A DNA stretch of 64,000 bases from Felis catus (lineage: Eukaryota). The stretch is from NCBI RefSeq assembly GCF_018350175.1, contig NC_058368.1, forward strand, positions 136,340,001 through 136,404,000. Direction: 5' to 3'. Of the stretch, positions 37,625 through 51,082 are shown one piece after another (position 1 is the stretch's first letter; each line of letters opens with the position of its first letter). A program made the translations under genes and the position numbers. Below the pieces are notes generated by a model that saw nothing but the letters and a program-made list of their open reading frames with translations, had not been told where the DNA came from and ran no database searches.

Positions 37625-40105
37625 GGGACACCTGGGTGGCTCAGTTCAGCTCAGCTCAGGTCATGATCTCATGGTTTGTGAGTTTGAGTCCCACATCAGG
37701 TTCTGCGCTGACATTGCAGAGCCTGCTTGAATCCTCTGTCTCCCTCTCTCTCTGCCCCTTCCTTTCTCTCTCTCTTTCTCAAAAATAAATAAACATTAAA
37801 CAATGCTTTAATATTTATGGAAATATCAAGGGTTTAAATGTCTTGTTGATTCAATGTTAGTTTTCTTTTTTTATGAGTTGTCTACTTCATCTAAAATTTA
37901 AATTATATTGTCATAAAGTTACTCATAGTATTATCTCTTCAATCTCTGCTATAGATGCAGTTATATTCACTTTTCATTACCAATATAGAGCTTTAATTTA
38001 TTACTTTTTAATTTATTTATTTTGAGAGAGTGTGCGCAGGGGAGGGACAGAGAGAGATGGAGAGAGGATCCCAGGCAGGCTCTGCACTGTCAGTGTCTAG
38101 AGCCCAATGTGGGGCTTGATCTCACAAACTGCAACATCATGACCTAAGCTAAGACCTAGAGTCAGATGCTCAACCAACTAAGAAACCCAGGCATCCCAGA
38201 ACTTTAATTTTAGTCCAGATTAATTTCTCCAGAGAAACGAAGCAGTCTTTTCAAAGAAGTAATTTTTGGCCTTGTTAATGTTGTCTATTGTTTTTTTCTA
38301 GCTCACTAACTTCTGACCTTATCTTCTATATTTTGTTGATCCTGACATATACAGTTTTTCTTATTTTCATATAACTGAAATGTGGACGAGGCTTTTAATT
38401 GTTGTTGGATAGGTAGCAGTTATAACATACTTGTCATTCTTCTGCATGTGCATCAGACTTGTAGAGTGGAACAGTATCCCTAAGGCAATAGTGGTACCTT
38501 CACTTAAGAAATGCTGCACTGAGGGGCACCTGGGTGGCTCAGCTGGTTGAGCGTCCAACCTCGTCTCAGGTCATGATCTCACAGCTTGTGGATTTGAGCC
38601 CCACGTCGGGCGCTGTACTGACAGCTCAGAGCCTGGAACCTGTTTCGGATTCTGTGTCTCCCTCTCTCTCTGCCCCTTCCCACTTGCACTCTGTCTCTGT
38701 CTCTCTTCAAAAATGAATGAAGATTAAAAAAATTTAAAGAAATGCTGCATCAACACAATACCATGTGGGAAAATCACAGACATTAACAACAGGAAGTTGA
38801 AAAAAAATTGAATGATATATGGGAAAAACTGTGACTAAGAAATTCTAAGGATAATTTTTTCGTTCTTTTTTTTTTTTTAAGTGTATTTATTTATTTTGAG
38901 GTTGGGGGCAGAGAGAAAGAGAGAGAATCTCAAGCAGGCTCCACGCTGTCAGTACAGAGCCCTATGCAGGGCTGAATCTTACCAACTGTGAGATCATGAC
39001 CTGACCTGAAATCAAAAGTCAGACACTTAACTGACTGAACCACCCAGGTGTGCCTAATTTTTTTGTTTCTAACTGATATATAAAACAGCAATGCATATAT
39101 CAGTAGCTTCTTAAATTAAGTGAAATCACCTTCATTCTACTTGGATTCATTTTGCCATTCTTTTCAACTTTCTTATGTTGAATGCTTAGCTCATAAATTT
39201 TTAGCTTTTTTATTTTCTAATGTAAACACTAAGGGTTATTGCTAAGTAAGAAGCTGTGAGGAGTGTGACACACACACACACACACACACACACACTGATA
39301 GGAGACATGGAATTCCTGGGTTAGACACAAACACTGTTTACTAGTTACAGCAAAAGCATCTGGAATATCTTCATGGTACTGGTTCCCCAAGTCCAAATCC
39401 TCATGGAGTGAAATGGTAAGGGTCTGGTCATAAATGTACACACCACCCTGAGGGCTGGAATGAGAAAGAATGGAAAAAAGAATAAAAGATCATGGCTTCC
39501 TCTACTCTATTTGAGTTCCCTTTTCCTATTCCTCAGACCAGAAAGAGAGGGTTTCTCTTAGCTTTTTTTTTTACTCCTCAGCCAACTTTGGGCTGCTATT
39601 GAATCCAGGCCAGGTGCTGTTGGAAAGAAGAAAAGTGGGAAAATCACTACCATTTGGTTCTTAAAATTTTGACCTCTTTACCCAGGCTTCCTGTTAGCAA
39701 TCAGTTATAATTTAGATTTCTCTGAGCACTGCTGCATGCATGTTGTCCATGGTTGAGAGCTGCATTTGGTGAGAGAGACCGAGTCAAATGTGTTTATTCC
39801 ATCTTGTCTGGAACCAGGACCCTACTCTCATTCTGGAAGGATGGTTTTTTTGGGAGTACAGTTCTTTTTTTTTTTTGTTTTTTTATTTAAAAAAATTTTT
39901 TAAACATTTATTTATTTTTGAGACAGGGAGAGACAGAGCATGAACAGGGGAGGGTCAGAGAGAGGGAGACACAGAATCTGAAGCAGGCTCCAGGCTCTGA
40001 GCTGTCAGCACAGAGCCCGACACGGGGCTAGAACTCATGGACCGCGAGATCATGGCCTGAGCTGAAGTCGGCCACTTAACCGACTGACCCACCCAGATGC
40101 CCCCC
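37625..40105. mobile_element. SINEC cluster (37625+, 38005-, 38523+, 38866-, 39865-) in old L1/LTR debris
   Basis: Five SINE bodies, some with TSDs (e.g. aagaaatgctgca, ttgggagtacagttct). Confidence 0.8.
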
Positions 40106-40504
40106 CCCCTTTTTTAAATTTTTTTTTTTTAAGTTGGGAGTACAGTTCTAAGTTGGTAGTTATTTTTCTCCCTGCTAACTACTCATCATTGCTATTGAAA
40201 AATTTGCTCTCAGACTGCCATCACTTTGAAAGTAATTTGTCAGTTCTCTGGCTACTTTTCAGTGTCTTGTCTTGTCTTTCTGCTTCTTTTTCACCACAAT
40301 GTATTTAGGTGTGGATATCTTTTTTTCTCTGCCCTTTTGGGGGTATGTTGTGTTGTCTGGATTTGTGGAGTCACAATTATCACTAGTACTGGACATTTTT
40401 CAGTCGTTATTTCTTCAAATACTATCTCTTTTCAATCTTCTTTATTCTTTTTCTTCATACTCGTATTAGACATTAGTGTCTAATTAGTGTATTGATCATT
40501 TAAA

Positions 40505-41011
40505 AATTTTTTTTAATTTGCTGATACTTTGACATCTTGGCGCCTTGCTGATACTGAACTTAGAGAGGGCTCAGCCAAATCTTAGAGATAGTAAATGACT
40601 CTCTTGGAGTCATTTCGTGAGCAAACTAACCAATCCAGAGCCCACACCCTTTACCACCTCATACTCAGGGCCAATATCCCCCTGCCCTAGTCATGCCAGT
40701 GTCAGGTACCAGACAACTAGAGTCAGCCCCTACACTCTAGAACCCAATGCTATTATTCAAAATGGCCAGTCCTAAGCCTGCCTACCCTGCCTTGCCCATT
40801 CATTTCCATGGTAACTACAATAAACACTCTTGCCCATGTTTTCCACTTGCTCCCCCTACTTCCTGACCAACCCTGGGCACTGAACGGTGTGCTGTGCCTC
40901 CTGTTTCTAGGGATCTGTGAGAATAACAACTTTTTCTTTCATGACAGTCATTTCTGTACCTGCATTGCTTACCCTACTTGATTCAAATAAATCCCAGGCC
41001 TATTTTAGAAC
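40505..41011 (+). mobile_element. ERV1-type solo LTR (MER34/MER39-like)
   Basis: tgctgatactttgacatcttgg...caaactaaccaatccagagccc...tattttagaaca. Confidence 0.6.
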
Positions 41012-41356
41012 ACTTAGATCTTCTTGGTGTATCCTGCATAGCTCTTTTCTTGTCATTCATATTTTTATATGCTCATTTAGTATCTCATTTCTTATTTATA
41101 TTTTGGATTTATTCATTTGTTTTTCTAATTTAAATATTTTCTATATATCTATTCTTATTCTGACAGTTTGAATATCTGCAGGCTTTACTGATCTAAAGCT
41201 GTTATTTGTTTCTATTGGCTCTCATGCATGGTGGCTTAATTTCTCAAGTGCTTGGTTCACTTTGTGAGCTTATTGCTTGACCTTAATTCTGCTGGCCTAA
41301 ATTGAAGATGCTGGGGGCTAAGGGGTACCAGTGACATGGGGCTGCTTTAACCTTCC

Positions 41357-42016
41357 TGTGTAGTGAAGAATTAACCTAAAGAGACATCTGGCCTTTTCTT
41401 TCAGCTACTGGAGGGTGATCTCTAGAGCTTTGTAATGTCCTGCTTGATAGGAGTGTGTTTATTTGTCTAGGGGCCTTGGCTAGCAGATAGTCTAACAATG
41501 TGATTTATAATGGGAGCTTTGGGCCATGTGGTATCAGTTTTGCCTCTTGAAGGGATTAGAGAGTAAACCTAAGAGAGGCAATGGAGACTGAAGGTAGCCA
41601 CATGGGCTATGTGATTGAGCCTAAATAAAAGCTCTAGATACGAAAAGCTTATATGAACTTTCCTGGACAGCAGTACTGCATAGGTATTGTTACAGGCTGA
41701 TGCCAGGAAAGTAACGCATCCATGACTCCAATGGGGAGAGGATCATGGAAGCTCCTCCTTTGGTACTTTTCCTGTATGTGCTTCTTCCCTTGGTTTATTT
41801 TAACTGGTATCCTTTTCCTGTAATAAAACATAACTGTGAATATAACAGTTTTCAGTAAACTCTGTGAGTCCTTCTGGAGAATTATTGAAATGGAGGGTGT
41901 TTTGGGAAACCCTGAGTATTTACCACTGGTATCAGAAGTGAGGGCAATCTTGTGTGCACACTGTGTGTCCTCTGACCTCACAGTTGGCTTAATATCACAG
42001 TTGGCATAACTTTTCA
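41357..42016 (+). mobile_element. Solo LTR (MER21-like)
   Basis: tgtgtagtgaagaattaacc...ctgtgagtccttctggagaattattgaa...ggtatcagaagtgagggc. Confidence 0.65.
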
Positions 42017-43387
42017 CTTCGTCAGGTGTCTGGGCTCAATAGAAAGGAGTCTGAGGCTCCATTTCCCCACCTTAGTCTTAGCCCAAGACTCTGTATCTTT
42101 GTGGCCACCTGCTGTAGGCAATACCCTTCTCTTCCTGGGTAGTCACTGCTAACCATTTGCACACAGATCTCATATTTATGTTTGTTTTTGTGTGCATGTA
42201 TGGATCCTTGGAGATCTTATGTATTTCTTTTCATAACAACATAAGAATATCATTCAATCCGGGATCTAGTTGTTCTTCAATTGGAATGTTCTTAGAATGT
42301 TAATCTACCAAGTAGGTGAATGTGGCAGCTTAATTCTATATTTAGTTTTATATTCCACGTTGTCACTTAATGTGTCATTGGTATTTTCCTCTGTTGAACT
42401 AATTCTGGCAAAAGCAACTTACAACCTAAGCTATGCTGGTCGCAGCTTGACATAGCTCAGATCACAATTCTCTTTTGTCTGACTTATTTCAATGGCTGAC
42501 TGAAAGGCACAGTCATAATCTCCTCCAAATCCCTCTTCACATTGCAGGTATAGCAATTGTCCAACATGGCAAATCTGATCACGTAACTCTCCTTAATGCA
42601 GATGCCAAGGCAAGAGGTCAAGTAGCTGTCTTGGAACATTAGGCTACTCGCCCTTTAAGTACCAGAATAAGTTTCTTTTCTAGAGTTTCCCCCATAACCT
42701 GAAGCTGAGTGTCTGTTCTACAGTGTATGAAGCTCTATTCCCAAGGCTTTTGGGACTTCTCCAACCAGTTTCAATGAACCCTTCCAATCCCACTTGCATC
42801 CTGAACGTATTGTCTAAGTTAATAGCTTGTCTTAAGCTATACCCAGTGAAGAGAGCTCTATTTGGGTTGTAGAGGGTGTTGCATTATGCCTAGAACGTAG
42901 GAGAAGCCCAGTAAATAAGCACTAGTTTCCTGGAATGGCTGCATAGATGTGGGAATGTTTGTCTAGGCTTGATGAAAACAACAGTAATGATGTTAGTTGA
43001 AGGGGAAGGGACACTGCTCCCTCTTTACCCCACTCAAGAGCACTGACCTCTGTCTACCTCCTCGAGGGCTGAAGACTTGCTGATCTGATGATGGAACAGA
43101 GTCCCAAATACTGGTGGGTGGGGCACTGTGCCTTGAAAGGTGCCATCTTTGGGTCCCTCACCTCTCTCTTGTTCTTTGCCATTCACCTTAATTTGTAGAT
43201 TGGTAAACTGTCACTTCTTTCTCTTTCAACTAAGAAGTTGGATAGTTGAACCCTGGGGTCCTGAATGTTATTCATCTCCTTATCCCTCTCAGTAAGCACA
43301 TCTGAGTTTGTTACTCCCTAAATCCAAATTTAGAGAGGGGGTATTAAGTCATGTTAAGGTCTCAAGCAGAATCTATCTGTTCTTTCT

Positions 43388-44159
43388 TTTTTTAGAAAGT
43401 TTATTTATTAATTTTGAGAGAGAGAGAGTGTGAGTGGGGGAGGGGCAGAGAGGAGGAAGAGAGAGAATCCCAAGCAGGCACCGTGCTGTCAGTGCAGAGC
43501 CCAATGTGGGTCTTGATCTCACTAACTGTGAGATCATGACATGAGCCGAGATCAGGAGTCGGATGCTTAACCAACTGAGCCACTCAGGTGCCTCCAGAAT
43601 CTACCTGTTCTAACTCAATGTATCTTTTTTATTAATTTTTTAAAACATTTATTCATTTATGAGAGACAGAGAGCACAAGCAGGGTAGGGGCAGAGAGAGA
43701 GGGAGACCCAGAATTGAAGCAGGCTCCAGGCTCCGAGCTGTCAGCACAGCACCTGACACGAGGCTTGAACTCATGAGCTGAGAGATCATGACCTGAGCCG
43801 AAGTCAGATGCTTAACCAACTGAGCCACTCAGGCGCTCCATCTAACTCAATATTTTTAACAGACCTCTTTTCAGAATGTCAGGCATTTGAACACTATTAA
43901 TTAATTGGTTTTTGATTTTCATTCTGCTACTGCGTGTTGTGTTTACCTTCTTTTTTTAACGTTTATTTATTTTTGAGACAGAGAGAGACAGAGCATGAAC
44001 GGGGGAGGGGCAGAGAGAGAGGGAGACACAGAATCAGAAACAGGCTCCAGGCTCCGAACCATCAGCCCAGAGCCCGACGCGGGGCTCGAACTCACGGACC
44101 GCGAGATCGTGACCTGGCTGAAGTCGGACGCTTAACCAACTGCGCCACCCAGGCGCCCC
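43388..44159 (-). mobile_element. Three SINECs (43388, 43625, 43950)
   Basis: SINE bodies with TSDs (agaatcta(t/c)ctgttct; tgtttaccttctt). Confidence 0.88.
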
Positions 44160-47100
44160 TGTTTACCTTCTTAAAATCTTGCTGTTAGAGAGAAGATGTG
44201 ATTGCAGGGCAGGATTGTCATTCCTGGGTTTCTGATCATGACCATGAATATAGTGAAAAACAACCTCACCCTTCCTCCTAGTAATCACTATGAAGTAAGA
44301 ACTCATCATGCAGTTATAATTCCCAGCACTGACTGTCTTCTGCTGCTACTTCTGAAGAAGGAATAGGGAAGGAAAAGAGGAGAGACATGGTGAGCTATCA
44401 GAGGTGAGGTTCTTGTAATCAGGATGCAATCCATTACTGGATACTTGATGCAGGTTCCATAGCTGATTCCAAGAACATTTTTTTGTGAACCAAGGTAGGT
44501 AGAATTTCACCCAAGTGAGACAATTTCTTTTAAGTGACTAAAGCAATATGACTAGTGTAGACAACCAAGTTAAAAGACTGGCCTAAGAGCTGAACATTTC
44601 CCACTACCGATCACCCCCACTTACTTCCACTGGCCTTATGCCTCTCTTTACCCCACCCTGAATCAAAATATAACTCCACACAAAACCTTAGCAGTATTAA
44701 TAGAGTGAATTTCACTGTGTTTGGTGAGCCAGTAATGAGGCAATGATGTCTGGATTTTATTAAATATCCTAAGTAAGTCAATTACCATTAAAGGAAATAG
44801 AAGCACACACATTATTTGTTTTGAACAGTGATAATACAATGAGTGGCCCCCAGATCATGCAGGGGTTCTCACAGAACTGGCAGGTCTGTAGGTGTCTCTA
44901 TCCTTGGAGCTGCCCAGTGATGTCTCCAGGGGGGAGGCGGATGATGTGGGCTAACAAACATATATATTCCACACAGGGCAGCTGTCAACTGCTACCAAAT
45001 CCCTCACTAGGGTCTCCAGAACCTGTCCCTCCCTGGGAGGCAGACAGTGTTCTCATTCCACAGAGGAGGAAGATGGGGTAGAGAGAGAACAAAGTGTCAG
45101 AGTGAACCTGGGACAAAATCAGGATTGGGACTCCGTGTTCTCACTGTCTTTTACTGGATCTTTCTGACTCTTGGAAGCAGTTACCTGTGGGCAGTGAGTG
45201 GCATGTTCTCTGCCATCACTCAAATCACTTTTTCCACTAATGAGGCTCTGGCCCAGGCAACTCAAAAAGTAATTGGCAAGTCTTTGGTCCCCATGCTGAA
45301 CTTCCTGAGATGGTAAGAATAGATGGTTTGTGCGTATAGTTTAGTATGGTTTAGTAAGGCAGACTACCTGGGCCATGTTATCTATATTTGTGTATAATAT
45401 TGTATCTTTTACCTACCTAAGGTTTATGGAATAGGTCAAGAAAAATAGATGTGACAATAAAATATCAATACCCAGGACCTGAAGAAAAAAGTATAATCTG
45501 ACTAATGGAGGTAGTTAGAAGCATCCAGATTTTGAGAAAGGAGGCCCATTATCATTTCTTGAAGATACTTACATTTCGATCAATGGGTTAACCATTCGTG
45601 GCTATTCTCTTGGAATGGAGTGGTTAGGGACAGGTGCACATCTGCATAGAATGGTATCAGTACAGAAATATGTTGCCTCTACTCCAAGCTGCATTTATTC
45701 TTAATCCCAGTGGAGAAACTGAGGCAGGGTAATAGTTTTGCCATATCCAGAGATGATCATATCCTTTCTTGGTGTTCAGGTTATCAGCAAGGCCCTGGTT
45801 TGGATTTCATTTCTGCCCTACTTGTGGGGGACAGGTGGCAAGAGACACAGGGCTCATCTAACTATCCTTGGAGTTGGCTGCAAACAGGGCTGAGATACCA
45901 TAAACTCCTCCCCTGCATCCACTAAGGAAGGTTCAATACCCATCTGACCTCAGGGGATTGTCCACAGGCTTAATTACATAGCTCTGTTTCTTTCATCTGA
46001 GCATATCAAAGGATTCTATAAAACTGAAGGAGTGTGGTGATGTCTCCTTGTGGGCTTTTTTTTTCAAGCCCTCTTGCAAATCACTTTAAAAAAAATTGAC
46101 ACCAACAAATTGTTCCCTGATATATGACGCACAGCATTTGCTAAGCTCCCTGATCATTCATCACAGATCAGGCCACAGGCAGCGTGGGCTCAGCTTGGTC
46201 CGGAAACTTACTTCAAGTCTAATTGTTTATTCATTGGTGGGATCATTGGGGTCCAGGAGTGACAGGCGATTGGCTCTGTGGGAGGATGTGGTGGGAGGGA
46301 GATGATAGGTTTGTTATGTCTGTGTTCCAGCAAGATTATTGCTGCCGGGAGACAGCTCTCATATTGACTCTGTTAAGTGTTTGAATATTTTCTGTTGACT
46401 TGTTATTGAGAAAAATGGGTTGATATGTCTGTTCACATTATTAAAAAAGAAAGTGATGAAAGTGTTCTTATATTGGCATAGGCATCAAGCACCCAGAAAG
46501 GCCAGTTAGGACAGCACCTTGGAGCAAAGTGTGAGTGCTTGACCATGTGCCATGACCTCAACTCCCTGGTATGTTTGGGGCTGCCACAGTAGAAGAAAAG
46601 CAGGACAGGGAAAGAGTAAACTGGCCTGGGACAGTGGGATAGGGAAGGGGACCAATGAGGACCAATGGGATGGTGGCCCCAAATCCTCAGTGCAAGGGGG
46701 CATATTGATATTTCTGATCTTGCTGCCAGCCTAAGATAGCATGAAATCAGGGCTTCCAAGAGATAGCTATCACTCTTGGTTGCGTCAGAATGTCTAAGGT
46801 ATAAACCAGAGGTTTACCTAAGCTAGTATAGGGAAGTAAGAACTAGCCCCAAGAAAGGGAGCAGGAGAGAGTCAAAGGAGTCCAGGCTCCCATTTCGTTA
46901 GGATGGGGTAGGAAGGTGGCCTCCAGCCTCAATGGGGGTAACATCTCATAACATAGGACATGAGCAAAAGGCCATCCCCATGTAGTTTTGGGAATGAGGT
47001 AAGCACTGTTTGCTTCTTCTGTGGACTCCAAACACAAGCATCAGACCATTCTATTATGATAGACCAGCTTGTGCAGATGGAGCTTCTAGTGTACCTTCCA

Positions 47101-47465
47101 GCCCAGAAGGCTTAGCGCCATAGCTCGGCTGATCAAGTCCAGGCAGGGAGCCCTATAAGAAGAAAAAAGAAAGCTTCTTCTGAAATCTTTTGTATGCTTC
47201 TCTCCCTGGCCTGAAATTGTCTCTCTGAGGTTACCAGTGACTTCACTGCAGATTGGAAGGGCTTCCCTTGAGTTATTCTACGTGGCATCCTGTCTTCTTC
47301 AAATCTCTTCTCTCTTGGCACATCTCTAGTTTTCTTTCTGGTGGCTTGTTTGTACTTTCTCTGGATCTCTTACATGTAGGATTCCTTGAGGTTCTACTGT
47401 AGAAGCATTTCTCTCTCACTCTCTGACCTCCTTCTGTGTAATCTGGTTCCATTCCCTTGGCTCTT

Positions 47466-47828
47466 GTGTTAATCACTTTGGGCTGCTGTGACAAACACTA
47501 TAACAAAACATTGGTTTAAGCAGTAGAAATGTATATTCTCATACTTCTGGAGGCTAGAAGTCCAGGATTGAGGTGCCGGCATGCTTGGTTTCTGGTGAGA
47601 ACTTTCTTCCTGGCTTATCGACAGCTGCTTTCTTACAGTGTCCTCACATAGGGGTGGGAGAGAATGCTGACTGGTGTCTCTCCTTCTAGGAACACGATAC
47701 CCTCATGAGTGCTTCACCTTGTTACTCCGTCTCAACCTGATGATCTCCCAAGTCCCCATCTCCAAATACAATCACATTGTGGGTTTCAAAATATGAATTC
47801 TGGGGGGATGCAATTCAGTTCACAGCAG
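47466..47828 (-). mobile_element. MLT1-type MaLR LTR
   Basis: gggctgctgtgacaaacac...ttctggaggctagaagtccagg...ccccatctccaaatacaatcacatt...aattcagttcacagca. Confidence 0.8.
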
Positions 47829-49334
47829 CTCTTGGTCATTTCCTAATGCACATTCCTAGCCCAGAGTTTTCTCCTGAGCAATTCGTCTCTATTTCTAACT
47901 GAAGTAAGCTGACATGTAATTAGCCTACATACTCATGGGGGTCTCACACAGAACACATTATCTTCTGCTCAAACCAATCACTTCTGTTGTACTTCCTAGA
48001 TTAATTAATGGTACCATCATTCTAGGTGAAAGACTCTTCCCTTCTGGTGTTTGAGTTTGATTTCCCTCTCAGGCCTGTTCATGGGTGGCCCAGAACCGCT
48101 CTCCATCCAGGCTGGGCTTCTGAGCACAGGAGTTAATAACGTATGCAAGATCGGGGCCACTTCTCTTCCTTTGACTCCAGTGGTTTAACTCTTTAAGCCT
48201 ATGATTCTCAAACCTGGCTCTAGGTTAATATGAGAGGTTTTAAGAAATACTGGTGCCTGGCCTCCACCCTGGGCCAATGAATCTGTCTCCAGGCAAGGGG
48301 CCCAGGCTTCCCTGGGTTGCATAGGGAGAGTTAAAGCTTAACGGCTGTAAGCCACTCCATCTGAGGACTCGTGGAAGGTGTCTCGTGGCTCTTACAGTTG
48401 GTTGGGGACCTTCTTCTCTGGAACAGGAAGCTTCTGAGGCTTATCTTGCTTCCCCTTTCTTTCCAGGTCCATCCATGTCCTAAACCTTAGCCTAGCTCCT
48501 ACCTCTGACCCTGTTCCTGCCTTTTGGGCTCATCACCTGTATCCTATTTCCTGGATTGACCGTGGAAGTCTCTAAAAGCTTCAACTTGGACCCCTTCTAG
48601 GATCTGGTCTTGCTTAGCATCAGTAACCCCTTCCCACCCACCCTTAGGAGGGTCTAGAAAGTTCTTTGCTATATTCTTAAGGAAACACCAGCATTACTGC
48701 ACACACACAGGATGTTTAATACATGCTGTTGCTGTCTGAGCCCCAAACTGATTTTTGGCTATTACTGAGTGCTGCTGATAAAACCAGCAGCTGTTTTTAA
48801 TGATCAATTTCCTTCTTTCTTTGAACAGCTTATTTAGAAGAGGAAAGAAGAGGCATGTGGCATTTGCTGGAGGAGATACCTAATTTATCATCTGGCAGTT
48901 TTCTGTGCTTTATTGTGGGTATACAACACAGACAAGGGGCAATGTGCTAACCCCAGGACTGGCCTGGACACGACTTTAATTTAGATTTTTGCATCAGATT
49001 GTGTTTGCTCTCTGAAAACTGACTGCACTTTGAGACCCCTAAACAATAGTAAATCTTAAGAATTCAATATTAATAAGAACAAGATACACAACACGTTAGA
49101 AAAACTGGCAAAATATATAAACAGACAGTATGAAATACTGAGATAAAAACTGACTAATAAGCATTAAAGAATGCTGAACTCCTCTATTAATTAGGGCATT
49201 ATGAATTAAAAGATAATGATATCCATTTTTCAGTAAGCCAGAGATATCAATAGACAATTAACAGAAGAAGAAATAAACATGACCAGTAAATGTGAGAAGA
49301 TGCTCCTTGTCGCAGTACCCAGGAAACTGCATTT

Positions 49335-49751
49335 TTTTACATGTGTAGTTTTTTTAACGTTTATTTATTTTTGAGAGACGGAGAGAGAGAGACACACAGC
49401 ATGAGTGGGGGAGGGGCAGAGAGTGAGGGAGACTGAATCCGAAGCAGGCTCCAGGCTGTGAGCTGTCAGCACAGAGCCCGACATGGGGCTTGAAGCCACG
49501 AACTGTGAGAGTAGCTGAAGTGGGCAGCTTAACCGACTGACCTACCCGAGGTGCCCCTATGTGTGTATTTTTAAAAATTTATTTATTTAAATTCAAGTTA
49601 GCTAACATGCAGTGTAATATTGGTTTCAGGAGTAGAACCCAGGGATTCATCACTTATGTCTAACACCCAGTGCTCATCCCAAGTGACCTCCTTAGTGCCC
49701 ATCAGCCATCAATCCCATCCCCCCACCCACCTTCCCTTCAGCAACCCTCAA
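49335..49751 (-). mobile_element. Carnivore L1 3' end with a SINEC (about 49350-49557) in its tail
   Basis: ttcaagttagctaac...aacacccagtgctcatccc...cagcaaccctca; SINE TSD atgtgt(a/g)...ttttt. Confidence 0.8.
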
Positions 49752-49761
49752 GGGAACTACA

Positions 49762-49766
<5 letters not shown>

Positions 49767-49792
<26 letters not shown>

Positions 49793-50888
49793 GTTTTCAC
49801 ATTTCAACTTTTTAATCAGCTCCATGAAAGACATCCTAAATGCTAAGTGAAACACAACAGAATATTTTTTCTTCCATTATTAAAGAAAAGGACATTCACA
49901 AGTTCTAAGAAACTTCTGTGTATCAGGGTGGTGACCTTGAATAAAAAACAAAACAAAACAAAACCCAAACCACCTCTAATCATGTTCTTGCAGCTGCATT
50001 TAGAAATTGCTTCCTAATCATGATAAACATTGTATACAAGTTTTTAAAATGTCCCTAAATGCACATCATTTGAAAATAAAAGTGACCAAACATTTTTTGC
50101 CATAGCCCGTAATCCTGAGAGCCCAAACTAAAAAACTGGTAAAAAGAAAAATACCCAGACTCTACAAATGTCCCAGGACTTGTCTTTAAATGGGAGAAAA
50201 AACTTTAAAAGACATATGGAACTTTCTACAAGGTCTTTGTAACAAGCTACCTTGGGAGCTCAATTCAAAAATAGAAGTTGATGTACTAAACAGATTTTTC
50301 AGTGCAGCTCCAAAAATCTTTATAAATACAGCCATTTGGAAGGATGATCCTGGATCAGAAGTTTTATTCCTTGTGTATCTACATTAGGTGCACAAGCTTC
50401 ATCTCAGTTGTCATAATTGTCTCTGTAATTTCCTCCTGAGTAGCAGTCATAACCGCCCTGGCTGCCACCATAGTCTCTGGACCTTCCATATCCATATCCA
50501 TATCCATATCCATATCCATATCCATATCCATATCCATATCCATACCCATATCTTCCAGGACGACTGTCGTATCTACCACTCCCATAGCCCTGGTCCCCAC
50601 CACCTCCCCATTCATGGCTCTCATGGCATCTGAGGCATGCTCTGGGTTGGTGAAGGTGATGAAACCAAAACCCCGGGATCCCTGTGTCTCCCGGTCTTTG
50701 ACAACGACCACTTCAGAAATAGGACCAAAGCTGCTGAAGTGGTCTTCCAGAGCCTGCTCATCGGTGTTGAAATTGAGCCCTCCCATGAAAAGCTTTCCTT
50801 CTTCAGAAGACATGGTGGTCAATTCGGGTACTGCAAGTTAAGCAAAAGGACTAGAAGAACAGCTACCGCTGTGGAGAAGAGAGACTGG
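49767..50888 (-). pseudogene. RBM3: Processed RBM3 retrocopy with 5' UTR, 3' UTR, polyA and TSD
   Basis: ATG at 50813 gives [71 protein letters not shown] shifted frame gives [16 protein letters not shown]...[34 protein letters not shown] at 49816-49811; tail decayed to (TTTA)n; 15-bp TSD gggaactaca(g/t)attt at 49752 and 50889. Confidence 0.95.
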
Positions 50889-51082
50889 GGGAACTACATA
50901 TTTAAAGATACTGTTTTTCACCAATCATATTAGTAAACATTGCTATGCTGCAAGGTGTGGGGAAATGGATATATACAGAGACAGCTATCATATGTCACAC
51001 ATGGGGTTATAAATTGTATTATATTCTGGAAGGCGACTTTATCAACCTATACTAAAAATTTGGTCAGTGTACATTAACATTT

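Noticed and set aside
13100..44200. Minus-strand bias of SINEs as evidence of a hidden transcription unit
   Set aside because: Explained by T-rich targets in the antisense L1 substrate; no exons recognised.
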